DNA of 64,000 nt from positions 3,328,001 through 3,392,000 of the forward strand of contig CAVVPN010000003.1 of assembly GCA_963750165.1 (NCBI GenBank), given 5' to 3'. The translations under genes and the position numbers were made by a program. Every line of letters starts with the position of its first letter. Within the stretch, counting starts at the first letter, position 1. The stretch comes from an uncultured Gemmataceae bacterium. GTDB taxonomy: Bacteria > Planctomycetota > Planctomycetia > Gemmatales > Gemmataceae. Positions 1 to 9,164 of the stretch are shown in pieces. The notes beneath the pieces are model-generated. The model ran no database searches, was not told the origin of the DNA, and was given only the letters and a program-made list of their open reading frames with translations.

Positions 1-1481
1 CGACAGCGCCGCCCTGACCTGCGAGCAGATGCGCCAGGCTGGCCTGCAGAACGTCGAGTTGCTGCGCTGCGGTGACTCCAATCCCTATGCCTACGGCGAA
101 TGGCTCGGCGCCCCCGGCAAGCCAACCGTCTTCCTGTACGCGCATCATGACGTGCAGCCGGTCAACGACGTTGGCGACGAGAAGTGGCAGTCCGATCCGT
201 GGGTGCTGACGGAGCGCGACGGCCGGCTCTACGGCCGTGGTGCCGCCGACGACAAGGGCGCCATCCCCGCTCAGCTCGGCGCCATCGCGGCGTACCTGCA
301 GACGCAGGGCAGTCTGCCCGTCAACGTCAAGGTGCTGGTCGAGGGCGAGGAGGAGTCCGGTTCAACGAACCTGGGCAAATTCTTTCAGGAGCAGAAGCAG
401 CGGCTGCAGTCCGACGTGATTGTCGTGTGTGACACGGAGAACATTGACACCGGTTTGCCGAGCCTCACGTACTCGCTGCGTGGCTTCGTGGGGATGCGGG
501 TGGACGTGGAGAGCGCCACCAAGGCGAATCACAGCGGCATGGCTGGCGGCGTGCTCGCCGACGCGGCCCTGGCGCTGAACGTGATCCTGGCGCGGCTGTA
601 CTGGAAGAACGGCAAGATTCCCGTCCCCGGTCTCTACGACAAGGTGCGGGCGGTGACGGCGGCCGAACGGCGGGCGATCAAAAAGATGCCCGGCGATGAG
701 GCCCGCTGGCGCGGACTGTGGTGTGCTCCCGGATGTCGGCTTCGCCACGAAGAAGGGCACCAACCCCTACGAGCAAACCTGGCGGCTGCCGGCCCTCACG
801 GTCACTGTGCTGGAGGCCAGTTCGTTCAAGACCCCGTCCAACCAGGTGTTGCCGCGGGCGTCCGCCCTCGTCAGCTGCCGCATCGTGCCGGATCAGGAGC
901 CGGACGAGGTCTACGAGCAGTTGAAGACGTTCTTGACGGCGGACCCGCCGTGGGGCGTCCGGGTGACGGTCAAACCAGCCGGCCTGGCCAAATGGTGGAT
1001 GACCGATCCGAAAGGGCCGGCGTTCGAGGCGGCGCTGGCGGCGCTGAAGACGGGCTTCGGCCACAAGCCGGTGGCCATCGGCTGTGGCGGCAGCATCCCC
1101 TTCGTCGGCCCGCTGGCGGAGCTGTTTGGCGGCGCCCCGGCGCTGCTGCTGGGCATTGAGGATCCGAAGACCAACGCCCACTCGACCAACGAGAGCCTGC
1201 ACGCCGACGATTTCCGCAAGCTCACCGCGTCGCTGGCGCGGCTGTTCGAGAATATCGGCAAATTGCCGGACGGCAGGGTGAAGGCCGAGGCCGCACCGAC
1301 CAGTCCCGAACCCGCACCGCCTGCCGTGGTCGAGGTGAGTCCGAGTGTCCCCCTCACCCCAGACCCCGCTCCCTCTCCCCCTGAAGGGGGCGAGGGGAGC
1401 AAGACCGAAACCCCGTCACCCGTGACTGCCGTCGCCACCAGCGAGGGGGGACCGGGTGGGGCCGATGGTGCCCAGCAGTGA
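1..1481 (+). CDS. M20/M25/M40 family metallo-dipeptidase, 5'-truncated by window edge, apparent frameshift near 712
   Basis: ORF 29..1159 has HHDVQP, GRGAADDKG, EGEEESGS and HSG motifs. ORF 696..1481 continues with GCGGSIPFV and NAHSTNE. The frame is open to the window start. Confidence 0.9.
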
Positions 1482-2213
1482 GGTCAACGGATTGTCCTGC
1501 GGGTAACTATGGCCGAGGTGCTGGCGATAGCCCTCCGCGAAGGCGACGCCCCAGGCCCGGCCGCGGTGAGCGTTCCAGGCGCGGAGCGTCTCCAAATAAT
1601 GGTCCATGCCGTGGTGCCGCAACAGCCATTCGCGCTGGCTGGCGTGGGCGGCCATCATGTGGACCTTGCGCTCCATGACGCCGCTGATGTCGATGCAGAA
1701 CCCGGGCTTGATTTCCTGGCCGAAAATGTCCTTGCCCTCAATGGCGTCGCAGTAGTACAGGTGCGGCATCACGCCCAGGGCCGGCGGCAGACCGCGGTCG
1801 AGCAGGTAGTTCGGCACCGGCGCCGCGAACACCGCAGCGCGGACGACGTGGCTGGTCATCTCGTGGTCGAGCAGATAATCCTGCGGGCTGTGCGTGAACA
1901 CGATCCGCGGCCGCACCTCGCGCAGCAGTCGGGTCACCCGCGCCAGGTTGAGCTCGTTGTACGTGATGAGCAGGTCGCGCGCCTCCAGGCAGTGGTAGCG
2001 GCCGCCCACCAGGGCCGCGGCCTTCGCGCCCTCGGCGCGGCGGATGAGGCTGATTTCGTGCGGCGGCAGCTCCGCGGAGCCGCAGTCGCCCGGCGTCATG
2101 CTGGCGATGTGGATGTGCCAGCCGTGCTCCTCGTGCAACCGCAGCAGGGCGCCGGCGCACAGGAACTCGGCGTCGTCGGGGTGGGCCATCACGGCCAGGG
2201 CCACGTCAGACAT
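1416..2213 (-). CDS. PIG-L/LmbE family N-acetylglucosaminyl deacetylase
   Basis: AHPDDAE, DYLLDHE and HASQ motifs. Start placed at MSDVAL (2213). Confidence 0.9.
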   Translation of the reverse strand: MSDVALAVMAHPDDAEFLCAGALLRLHEEHGWHIHIASMTPGDCGSAELPPHEISLIRRAEGAKAAALVGGRYHCLEARDLLITYNELNLARVTRLLREVRPRIVFTHSPQDYLLDHEMTSHVVRAAVFAAPVPNYLLDRGLPPALGVMPHLYYCDAIEGKDIFGQEIKPGFCIDISGVMERKVHMMAAHASQREWLLRHHGMDHYLETLRAWNAHRGRAWGVAFAEGYRQHLGHSYPQDNPLTSLLGTIGPTRSPLAGGDGSHG

Positions 2214-2233
2214 GGTACGCTCCCTCGAAGAGG

Positions 2234-2334
2234 ATTTCACCGCAGAGAACGCAGAGAGCGCAGCGAAAAGACAAAAGAATTTTATTTCATTCTTTGTCTT
2301 TTCGCTGCGCACTCTGTGTTCTCTGTGGTGAAAT
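2234..2334. repeat. Long intergenic hairpin with 9-nt periodic arms (CGCAGAGA[A/G])
   Basis: ATTTCACCGCAGAGAACGCAGAG...CTCTGTGTTCTCTGTGGTGAAAT inverted repeat. Same architecture at 15382 and 62388. Confidence 0.85.
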
Positions 2335-2344
2335 TTTTCAACGC

Positions 2345-3010
2345 TCAACTTTTCCGGCGCAGGCGCTCCGCTCGCAACTGTACTTTTTTGATCTCGTCGG
2401 CCAGTTCCGTCAGCAGCCGCTCGCGCGGCAGGGCGGCGAAGTAGCCGGCGTCCAGCGGTTCGCCCACCGCCACCGCCAGCGTCCCGCGCTCCGCCGGCAG
2501 GAACAGCGGCGCCAGCGTCGGCAGTTTCTGCGTCCGCGGCCACGCCTGGAACGCCCCGGCGATGCCCACCGGCACAATGGGCGCCCGCGTCCGCTTGATG
2601 AGCAGCTGCACCCCCGGCTTCAGCTCCTGCACCTTACCGTCCGGCGTCCGCGTGCCCTCCGGGAACACCACCACCGCCTGGCCGTGCTCCAGTTCGTGCA
2701 GAATGGTCTTGATGCCCTCCTTGCCGACGCCGTGGTGGTCGATGGGTACGGCGTTCAGCCAGCCGAGCACCGTCCACAGCAGGGGGCGCTCCGACAGCGT
2801 CTTGCGGGCCAGGAAGGACAGATGGCGGTGCGTGGACAGGCCGACGAGGAGGGGGTCAAGGAAGCTCTGGTGATTGGCGACCAGCAGCGCGGGGCCGGTG
2901 CGCGGGATGTGCTGGCGGCCCGCCGTGCGCAGGCTGAAGCCAAGGGTAAAAGCGCTCATGCTGACCCAGTAGGTGGCTTCGTAGAAGCAGGGACCGAACC
3001 AGCTTTGCAT
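2345..3010 (-). CDS. plsC: 1-acyl-sn-glycerol-3-phosphate (lysophospholipid) acyltransferase
   Basis: NHQSFLD and FPEGTRT motifs; lies downstream of cmk. Confidence 0.9.
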   Translation of the reverse strand: MQSWFGPCFYEATYWVSMSAFTLGFSLRTAGRQHIPRTGPALLVANHQSFLDPLLVGLSTHRHLSFLARKTLSERPLLWTVLGWLNAVPIDHHGVGKEGIKTILHELEHGQAVVVFPEGTRTPDGKVQELKPGVQLLIKRTRAPIVPVGIAGAFQAWPRTQKLPTLAPLFLPAERGTLAVAVGEPLDAGYFAALPRERLLTELADEIKKVQLRAERLRRKS

Positions 3011-3651
3011 CGCACTTCGCGTTCCATAACGTCCACGACCTGGGCCAGCGTCAGGTGTGTGGTGTCGAGTCGGATGGCGTCGGCGGCGGCCCGCATCGGC
3101 GCGAGATCGCGCGCGGCGTCGCGGGCGTCGCGTTCCTGCTGCGCCCGCAGCAAGTCGTCCAGCGCCACGGTTTCGCCGCGGGCCGCCAGGTCGCGCTGGC
3201 GGCGGCGGGCGCGCTCGATTGGCTCAGCGACGAGGAAGAATTTACAGGCGGCGTCCGGAAAAACAATTGTGCCCTGATCGCGGCCCTCGGTCACCAGGTC
3301 GCGGCCCACCGCGGCGGCGCGCTGCAACTCGACCAGCCGGCGGCGCACTACCGGGCTATCGGCCACGGCTCGCGAGGCGGCGGTGACCTCGCTGGAGCGG
3401 ATCAGGCCCGTCACGTCCTCGCCGTCCAGCAGCATCCGGCCCGGCGGCATCTCCAGCGCCAGCCCCGTTAGCAATTCGGTGAGGACAGCCTCGTCGTGCA
3501 GGTCGGCGCCGCGGCGCAGGCCGGCCAGGGTCACGGCGCGGTACATGGCGCCGGTGTCCAGGAACGCGAAGCCCAGGCGCTCCGCCAGGGCGCGGGCGGT
3601 GCTGCTCTTGCCGGCGCCCGCGGGTCCATCAATGGTCACGATCATAGTCAT
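2956..3651 (-). CDS. cmk: (d)CMP kinase
   Basis: IDGPAGAGKSS, LDTGAMYRAV and EGRDQGT motifs. Confidence 0.97.
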   Translation of the reverse strand: MTMIVTIDGPAGAGKSSTARALAERLGFAFLDTGAMYRAVTLAGLRRGADLHDEAVLTELLTGLALEMPPGRMLLDGEDVTGLIRSSEVTAASRAVADSPVVRRRLVELQRAAAVGRDLVTEGRDQGTIVFPDAACKFFLVAEPIERARRRQRDLAARGETVALDDLLRAQQERDARDAARDLAPMRAAADAIRLDTTHLTLAQVVDVMEREVRCKAGSVPASTKPPTGSA

Positions 3652-3980
3652 TCGAGCGGTTCACGCACGGTTTGCGCACAAGTGGCGGCGGGCACGGGCT
3701 GACCTCCAGCGGCCTGCGCTGCCACAGCAAGGGGGCCAAGGGGGCCAAGGGGGCCAACTTTTTCATACGTCGAGATTCGAGCCTGGGAGCGGCTCGCGCA
3801 GTTTGCTGGACGGTTCGGGAGCACGGGCCTGCCGTTCCTGGTCCACACCACTGCGAACCGCGCCAGTCATCAGTCATTATTGCAGATTGCGAATGGGTGT
3901 AGCGGAAGTCGCCAGACTTCCGAGCAGCACCGGACGGAAGTCTGGCGACTTCCGCTACACCCAACTGCGAACCGCTCCAG
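3652..3980. mobile_element. Composite MITE-like/REP cluster with GAGCGGTTC...GAACCGC ends
   Basis: 3727-3866 matches the reverse complement of 37039-37164. Perfect hairpin at 3895-3962. End motif ACTGCGAACCGC[G/T]CCAG occurs twice. Confidence 0.65.
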
Positions 3981-4036
3981 TCATTGGCGAACAAGGTTCG
4001 AGTAGGGGGCTTTTCACCCGGCGCTCAACCCTGTTT

Positions 4037-4066
4037 ACTAATGACTAATGACGAATGACGAATGAC
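4037..4066. repeat. Heptamer tandem repeat (AATGAC[T/G])x4
   Basis: ACTAATGACTAATGACGAATGACGAATGAC. Confidence 0.75.
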
Positions 4067-4073
4067 TTCCTGG

Positions 4074-4775
4074 TTATTGCACCTCCACCCGCAGCGGGCA
4101 GCCAGAGCGGATCACGCTGGTGCGAAGGGTTTCGCCGAAGGACGAAATGATGCCGTAGGTGACCGTGCCGAGCGGCACATCGCGGACGACCGCCTGCATG
4201 TTGGGCGCGATTCGGGCCCTCTCGATGCCATTGACAGTCAGTACAATCGTCTCGGGACGGCGGTTCGTCACCACCAGGGAACCGCTGTTGATGACATCGA
4301 GGATCACCGGCGGTTGACCGACCGACGACGGATACTTCGAGATCGACTGCTGCACCGTCTGTTTCAGGTCCGCAATCTGGCGCTGCAACTCCGCCATCTG
4401 ATCCCGGGTTTCCGACGGGTACAGGGAGATGCGTTTGTCGCTGAAGCGCAGCGCCTCCAGATCAACCCGCATGCGCTCCATGTCCGATTTCAACTGTTTC
4501 AACGACAGTTCGAGCGCGGCAATCCGGCCGTTGGCAGCCTCGGCCTTCAGGTTCATGTTCGTGCGCAGATCCTTCATGTCGTCCTTGACGGCCTTGAAGG
4601 CGTCCGCAAGCGTGGCGATCAGTTTCTTCTCGAAATCCTCCATCTTCTTTTCCAGGCTTTTGAACCGGTCATCCTGTGGCGGTGCGCCGTCGAACTGCCC
4701 GCGGGCGGCGCCCGGGACGGCCATCGCGACGGTCAGCAGCGTGGCGACGCCGAGCCACTTCCAGTTGCGCAACAT
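4074..4775 (-). CDS. Secreted coiled-coil hypothetical protein
   Basis: Signal peptide MLRNWKWLGVATLLTVAMAVPGAARG, long heptad region, beta-rich C-terminus; purine-rich RBS upstream. Confidence 0.8.
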   Translation of the reverse strand: MLRNWKWLGVATLLTVAMAVPGAARGQFDGAPPQDDRFKSLEKKMEDFEKKLIATLADAFKAVKDDMKDLRTNMNLKAEAANGRIAALELSLKQLKSDMERMRVDLEALRFSDKRISLYPSETRDQMAELQRQIADLKQTVQQSISKYPSSVGQPPVILDVINSGSLVVTNRRPETIVLTVNGIERARIAPNMQAVVRDVPLGTVTYGIISSFGETLRTSVIRSGCPLRVEVQ

Positions 4776-5123
4776 GGGGGAATCTCCTTGATGTCGGACA
4801 GAGACGCAAGGACTGGTCGGAGCCACCACCCTCGGCCGCCCTTCCGCGTCCGCAGTTGCCTGCTCAGCCGTCACGGCCCGCAGCGCCGGCACAAGCGGCA
4901 GGGCCGCGACCGGGGCGCTGACCGACAGCACCGGCTTGGGGAGAACCACGGAGAACGCTGAGGTGGACGTGCAGGCTCCGGCTCGGCCGTTGGTTGCCTG
5001 TCAAGTTGGATTTGAGGTGCCGGCCCGGCCGGGAGCGCGGCCGCCTCCGCACTGGTAGTATTGAGCTTAGAAAAAGCACCATCACTTCGCAAGACAAATC
5101 CGGCAAACTCCGCCGGCAGCCCG

Positions 5124-5193
5124 CGGCGAGCGGCGCGGCGTCAGGCCGCCGGTGCTTCGGAATACCGGCGGCCTGACGCCGCGCCGCTCGCCG
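5124..5193. repeat. ~70-bp REP-like palindrome, family A (copies at 6381, 56317; diverged copy at 60746)
   Basis: GGCGAGCGGCGCGGCGTCAG[G/C]CCGCCGGT...ACCGGCGG[C/G]CTGACGCCGCGCCGCTCGCC. Confidence 0.9.
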
Positions 5194-5326
5194 GATCATG
5201 GCGCAAGTCCCCTCCGGTGGCTCGTTACCCTCCTGAAGATTACTGCGAGTGTCCGCTGGCGTGGGGCCTCGCTGTGACAGGAGGTCCGGCGGGGCCCCAA
5301 CTTTCGCCACTCAACGTAGCGCAATC

Positions 5327-5355
5327 AAAAAGCCCACGGCATCTCTGCCGTGGGC
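5327..5355 (-). terminator. Rho-independent terminator of the TIGR03000 gene
   Basis: Minus strand reads GCCCACGGC-AGAGAT-GCCGTGGGC-TTTTT, just past the stop at 5383. Confidence 0.75.
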
Positions 5356-5382
5356 CGTGCGGTTGCAGGGGGTTGCCGATCA

Positions 5383-6111
5383 TTAGCGCGACGCGGTGCG
5401 CGTCAACGCCGGTTCGGCGAACTCGACGCGGACCTGCTGGCCGGCGGTGAGGATCGCCCGCGCCGTCTCCGTGTAGGTCTTGCCGTTGCGCACCACCTCG
5501 GCGCGGAGGTTGTAGAAGTACTGCTTGCCCGCATCCAGTCGCGGCGTCTTGAACGAACGCTTGTCGGACGTGAGTGGGCAGCGGACGTTATCGACGTAGA
5601 GCTTCGCGTCGGCCGGCAAATGCACGACGACCTCCGCCGGCCGGGCGCCGGTCCTGACCTCATCCTTGCGATTTTCCAGCTTCTTGAGCCGCTGGTCCAC
5701 GTCGCTCAGCAGGTCCACGATGCGCTTCATCGTGGCCGCATCCTGGGCACTCGCTCCCCCGACGGCCTGCGGTTGCGCCTGCGCGTAACTGGCCACCGCG
5801 ACCGGGTAGGAGTAAACCACCGATCCGCCGTAGCAGCCATAGCAGCCATAGCAGCCGTAGCAGCCGTAGCAGCCGCTGTAATATGCGGGGTAGTAGTAGC
5901 CGCCCCAGCAACCGCTGCAACCGTAGCAACCGTAGCAACCGTAGCAGCCGTAGCAGCCGAAGGCGTAGCCGCCGCCCCAGCAGCCGTGGCAACCGTAGCA
6001 GCCATAGCAGCCCCAACAACCGTGACAGCCCCAGCAGCCGTAGCAACCGTGCCCCCAGGACGGCGAGGTGGTCCCCGCCGCCAACATCGTCGCCAACACC
6101 ACGCTATACAT
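5383..6111 (-). CDS. TIGR03000 domain-containing protein with (Gly-Cys-X) repeats
   Basis: MYSVVLATML leader, 19 GCX triplets, C-terminal VVVHLPADAKLYVD...RSFKTPRL...YFYNLRAEVVR domain. Confidence 0.9.
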   Translation of the reverse strand: MYSVVLATMLAAGTTSPSWGHGCYGCWGCHGCWGCYGCYGCHGCWGGGYAFGCYGCYGCYGCYGCSGCWGGYYYPAYYSGCYGCYGCYGCYGCYGGSVVYSYPVAVASYAQAQPQAVGGASAQDAATMKRIVDLLSDVDQRLKKLENRKDEVRTGARPAEVVVHLPADAKLYVDNVRCPLTSDKRSFKTPRLDAGKQYFYNLRAEVVRNGKTYTETARAILTAGQQVRVEFAEPALTRTASR

Positions 6112-6380
6112 GCTTCTTGACCCTCCGTTACCAGAACGAGCCCGACCGCGCTGGCAGTACGGGCGAATTTGAGGTACACGTCCCCGAGGTTTAACCCACG
6201 TGAGCAAGTTGCAGAAGCTGTTCCCGGTTTGGGGAAAAGACAGACTTTTCCGGACAGGTTACCTCGAATTTACATTAAGAAGGGAAACAATGGGAGTCAA
6301 AGGCAAAATAGTTAAAATGGGCAAAAAGAGGGAGGGAGTCGTGCCGGTCGTGCGGCCGATGAGGTGGGGGGAAAAACCGC

Positions 6381-6448
6381 GGCGAGCGGCGCGGCGTCAG
6401 CCCGCCGGTACTTCGGAGCACCGGCGGGCTGACGCCGCGCCGCTCGCC
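6381..6448. repeat. REP-like palindrome, family A
   Basis: Near-identical to 5124-5193. Confidence 0.9.
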
Positions 6449-6457
6449 AAATCCGAC

Positions 6458-6583
6458 TTGAGCGGTTCCCAGTCGCGTGGACCACAAGTCGTGGGACGGC
6501 TCTCCAGAGCCGTCGGGAGAACGCTGACGGCTCTGGAGAGCCGTCCCACGACTTGTGCGCTACCCAAACGCGAACCGCTCCAG
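6458..6583. mobile_element. MITE-like element with GAGCGGTTC/GAACCGCTC ends enclosing a hairpin
   Basis: Inverted ends shared with the 3652-3980 and 37039 elements; internal palindrome GTCGTGGGACGGCTCTCCAGAGCCGTC...GACGGCTCTGGAGAGCCGTCCCACGAC. Confidence 0.65.
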
Positions 6584-6600
6584 GTGTAAACCCTGTGAGT

Positions 6601-8091
6601 TTAGCGCAAATACTTGCGGCGCAGGTCGCGCATGCGCTGAAGGGCCGGCCGGGCCTGGCCCGCGGCGTCCACCAGACCGCAGTGCGGGAACTGATGCGGC
6701 TCCGCGTCGAGCAGGTTGGCCCACTGCACGCCGCGGACGTAGGGCTTGCACAGCGCCAGCGAACCGAACGCCGTCAGCCAGTCGGCCTGCGTGTCCGGCG
6801 CGAAGCCGTCGCGCCAGAAGCCGCCGCCGGGGTTCATCTCGGCGTCCGCGTTCGGGTCCGGCGCCATGTCCGCTGGGTAGCCCAGCGTGACCTGTAACGG
6901 CACGCCCAGCAGCGCGTACAGGTCCAGCAACCGCGACAGCTCCAGCAGGTCCCGGCAGTAGCTGCCGCGCGGCGTCACGCCCATGACCACTTCCAGGTCG
7001 AGCGCCGCCAGGCTCAGCCCGGAGCGGATGAGGGTGTCGGCGAAGGCGAACGGTGTGTGCGTGCGTTCGCGCGGCGTCAGGTACTCGCCCCACGGCTGCG
7101 CCACGCCGACGATCACGTCAATGTCCGGATCGACTTGCCGGGCCGCCTCCGCCAGGCGCACCGTCAGCCAGAGCAGTTCGTCCTCGCCCAGGTTCAGCAG
7201 GTCGGACCAGTTGCTGGCGGCGGCCAGCTGCCAGGTGGTCACGCGGCCCTGGTAGCGCTTGACCGTCTGCTCCACAAAGTCGCACATGAAGCTGGCCAGG
7301 CTGGACAGGTCGCCCTCCCACAGCCACAACCAGTCGGGCAGCCGCGCGGCCGAGAAGTCGATCAGGGGGCCGCCGATCACCGGCTTGCGGTGTCGCTCGG
7401 CCCACTGCAGCAGGGCGTCGTGCGCCGCCCAGTGGTAGTCGGCCTCGGCCGGCTCGATGTCGCTCCAGGAAAACGGAATGGTGACGGCGTTACAGGCCTC
7501 CAGCAGCGGATCGACCAGCTCGTCCGGCGGCGGCGTGGCACCGAGGCGAACGCTGAGCGTGGTGTCGAGGCGCGGCTGGCGCTGGCGGCGCACCAGAAAG
7601 ACCTGGTTGACGTACGCCTGCACAAGCTGCTCTGCCGCGCGGTAGCTCTGTTCCAGGGCGGTCTGTGCGTGCTGCTGGGACTCCGGAGCGGGCATGGCGG
7701 TGATGGCCTTGCCGAAGCTGAAGGTGGCGTCGCGGATCAGGTGGTGCAGGGCCGCGGGCATTTGCAGACCGCCCTGCAACCAGTCCGCCGCCTGGCCGCG
7801 CACCTGGTTGACCTTGCCGCGGGCCAGTTCGATGGCCAGGTAGTAGGGCTGCAGTCGTTCGATGACGGTGGCGGTGCTGCTCATGAGCAGGCCGGCGCCG
7901 GCGATCTGCCAGGGGGCCGTCAGGTAGCCGCTCTCATCGACGCGACGGCTGGCCTCCAGCTTCACCGGATCGATCTCGACCAGCGTGGCGAAGGGCATGC
8001 CGTCCTGTCCGCCGGCCATGCTGGCGCGCTCCAGTTCCTGGACGGCCTCCAGGGGGAGTCCGGACGGAAGCAGGAAGGTCAGTTTGCCCAT
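6601..8091 (-). CDS. GH10/GH-A-like TIM-barrel protein, probably non-catalytic
   Basis: FSWSDIEP, VEQTVKRYQG and QADWL segments resemble GH10; no signal peptide. Confidence 0.7.
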   Translation of the reverse strand: MGKLTFLLPSGLPLEAVQELERASMAGGQDGMPFATLVEIDPVKLEASRRVDESGYLTAPWQIAGAGLLMSSTATVIERLQPYYLAIELARGKVNQVRGQAADWLQGGLQMPAALHHLIRDATFSFGKAITAMPAPESQQHAQTALEQSYRAAEQLVQAYVNQVFLVRRQRQPRLDTTLSVRLGATPPPDELVDPLLEACNAVTIPFSWSDIEPAEADYHWAAHDALLQWAERHRKPVIGGPLIDFSAARLPDWLWLWEGDLSSLASFMCDFVEQTVKRYQGRVTTWQLAAASNWSDLLNLGEDELLWLTVRLAEAARQVDPDIDVIVGVAQPWGEYLTPRERTHTPFAFADTLIRSGLSLAALDLEVVMGVTPRGSYCRDLLELSRLLDLYALLGVPLQVTLGYPADMAPDPNADAEMNPGGGFWRDGFAPDTQADWLTAFGSLALCKPYVRGVQWANLLDAEPHQFPHCGLVDAAGQARPALQRMRDLRRKYLR

Positions 8092-8312
8092 GAGGTTGTC
8101 CGTTGTCCGAAAGGTTGGGCGTCTTCATCCTGCGGCTGCCGCCTGGCGGAGGAGCGCTACAAAGGTGCGCGACCAGGCCACGGCGATGTTGTCGTCCAAC
8201 AAATCTATGCTGTTAATTTAACCAGCGCGGGCGATTTGAACACGCCGAAAAATCGGAAAACTGGCGCAGGCGGGAAAAAACCTGGGTGGGGGGAGCGGCG
8301 GTAGCGGGCGGG

Positions 8313-9151
8313 TCAGCGCGCCACGATGGCGATGCCGTGGCGATCCGCCAGGGCGACGGTATCGGCCTGATCGATGACGATGGTCTTGCCCGCCTCGATG
8401 GCCAGGACGGTGGCGCCGGCCTGGTGCATGGCCTCGATGGTGGCGACGCCGACGGTCGGCACGTCGAAGCGCATGTCCTGCTGCGGCTTGGCGACCTTGA
8501 CGACGACGAAGCCGCCGCGCGGGCACAGCCGGCCGGCGCGCAAAATGGCCTGGTCGGTGCCCTCGATGGCCTCGACCGCCAGGGCCGCCTTCTCCTTGAC
8601 GGCGACGCTCTGGCCGACATCGAGCCGGCCCATCTCGCGGGCCAGTTCCCAACCGAAGTCCACGTCCGCCAGCTCACGCGCCCCCGGGCGCGGCGCGTCA
8701 ACACTCCCGTTTGCACGAGCAACTCCGGGCAAAAGTCCAGGGCCGAGGCGAACTGCACTCCATCCCTGGCGAACTCCTTGATGATGCCGAGCAGCAGGCT
8801 ATCGTCACGGTTGTCGCGGCGGCCGCGGCCGTACCAGAAACGCAGTGTCCGCAGGTCCGGGATGTAGTGCAGCCAGCGCCAGGGCGTGTTCATGACGACC
8901 TTGTGAATCTTGCCGGCCATGACCGCCTGGCGACAGCCGCCGCGCTTGAAGCAGCGGATCATCGCTCCGAGCCGGGCCAGGCCGACCCACTCGAAGCGCT
9001 CCACCAAACCGGCCAGCTCCGGCGGCGCCAGGTTGCGGATGCCGGCGCACACGACTGGCAGGCCCAGCTGCCGCGCCTTCTCGGCGAACAGCACCGGGAA
9101 GCGGCCGGCGCCGGCGAGCAGGCCCACGGGTTGGGTGGAGCGCGAAACCAT
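8313..9151 (-). CDS. lpxI: UDP-2,3-diacylglucosamine diphosphatase LpxI, apparent frameshift near 8685
   Basis: GLLAGAGRFP N-terminus; DVGQSV, AVEAIEGTD and DMRFDVPTVG in the second frame; follows lpxD. Confidence 0.92.
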
Positions 9152-9164
9152 GAATGAAAGCCCG

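Noticed and set aside
6207..6225. Possible sigma-54 promoter (GG-N10-GC) upstream of the TIGR03000 gene
   Set aside because: The spacing fits but the match to TGGCAC/TTGC is weak, so it cannot be supported.
8313..9151. lpxI, the SDR and the dipeptidase as true pseudogenes or programmed frameshifts
   Set aside because: Each has a single indel in a G/C run with no slippery motif or other decay; assembly error is more likely.
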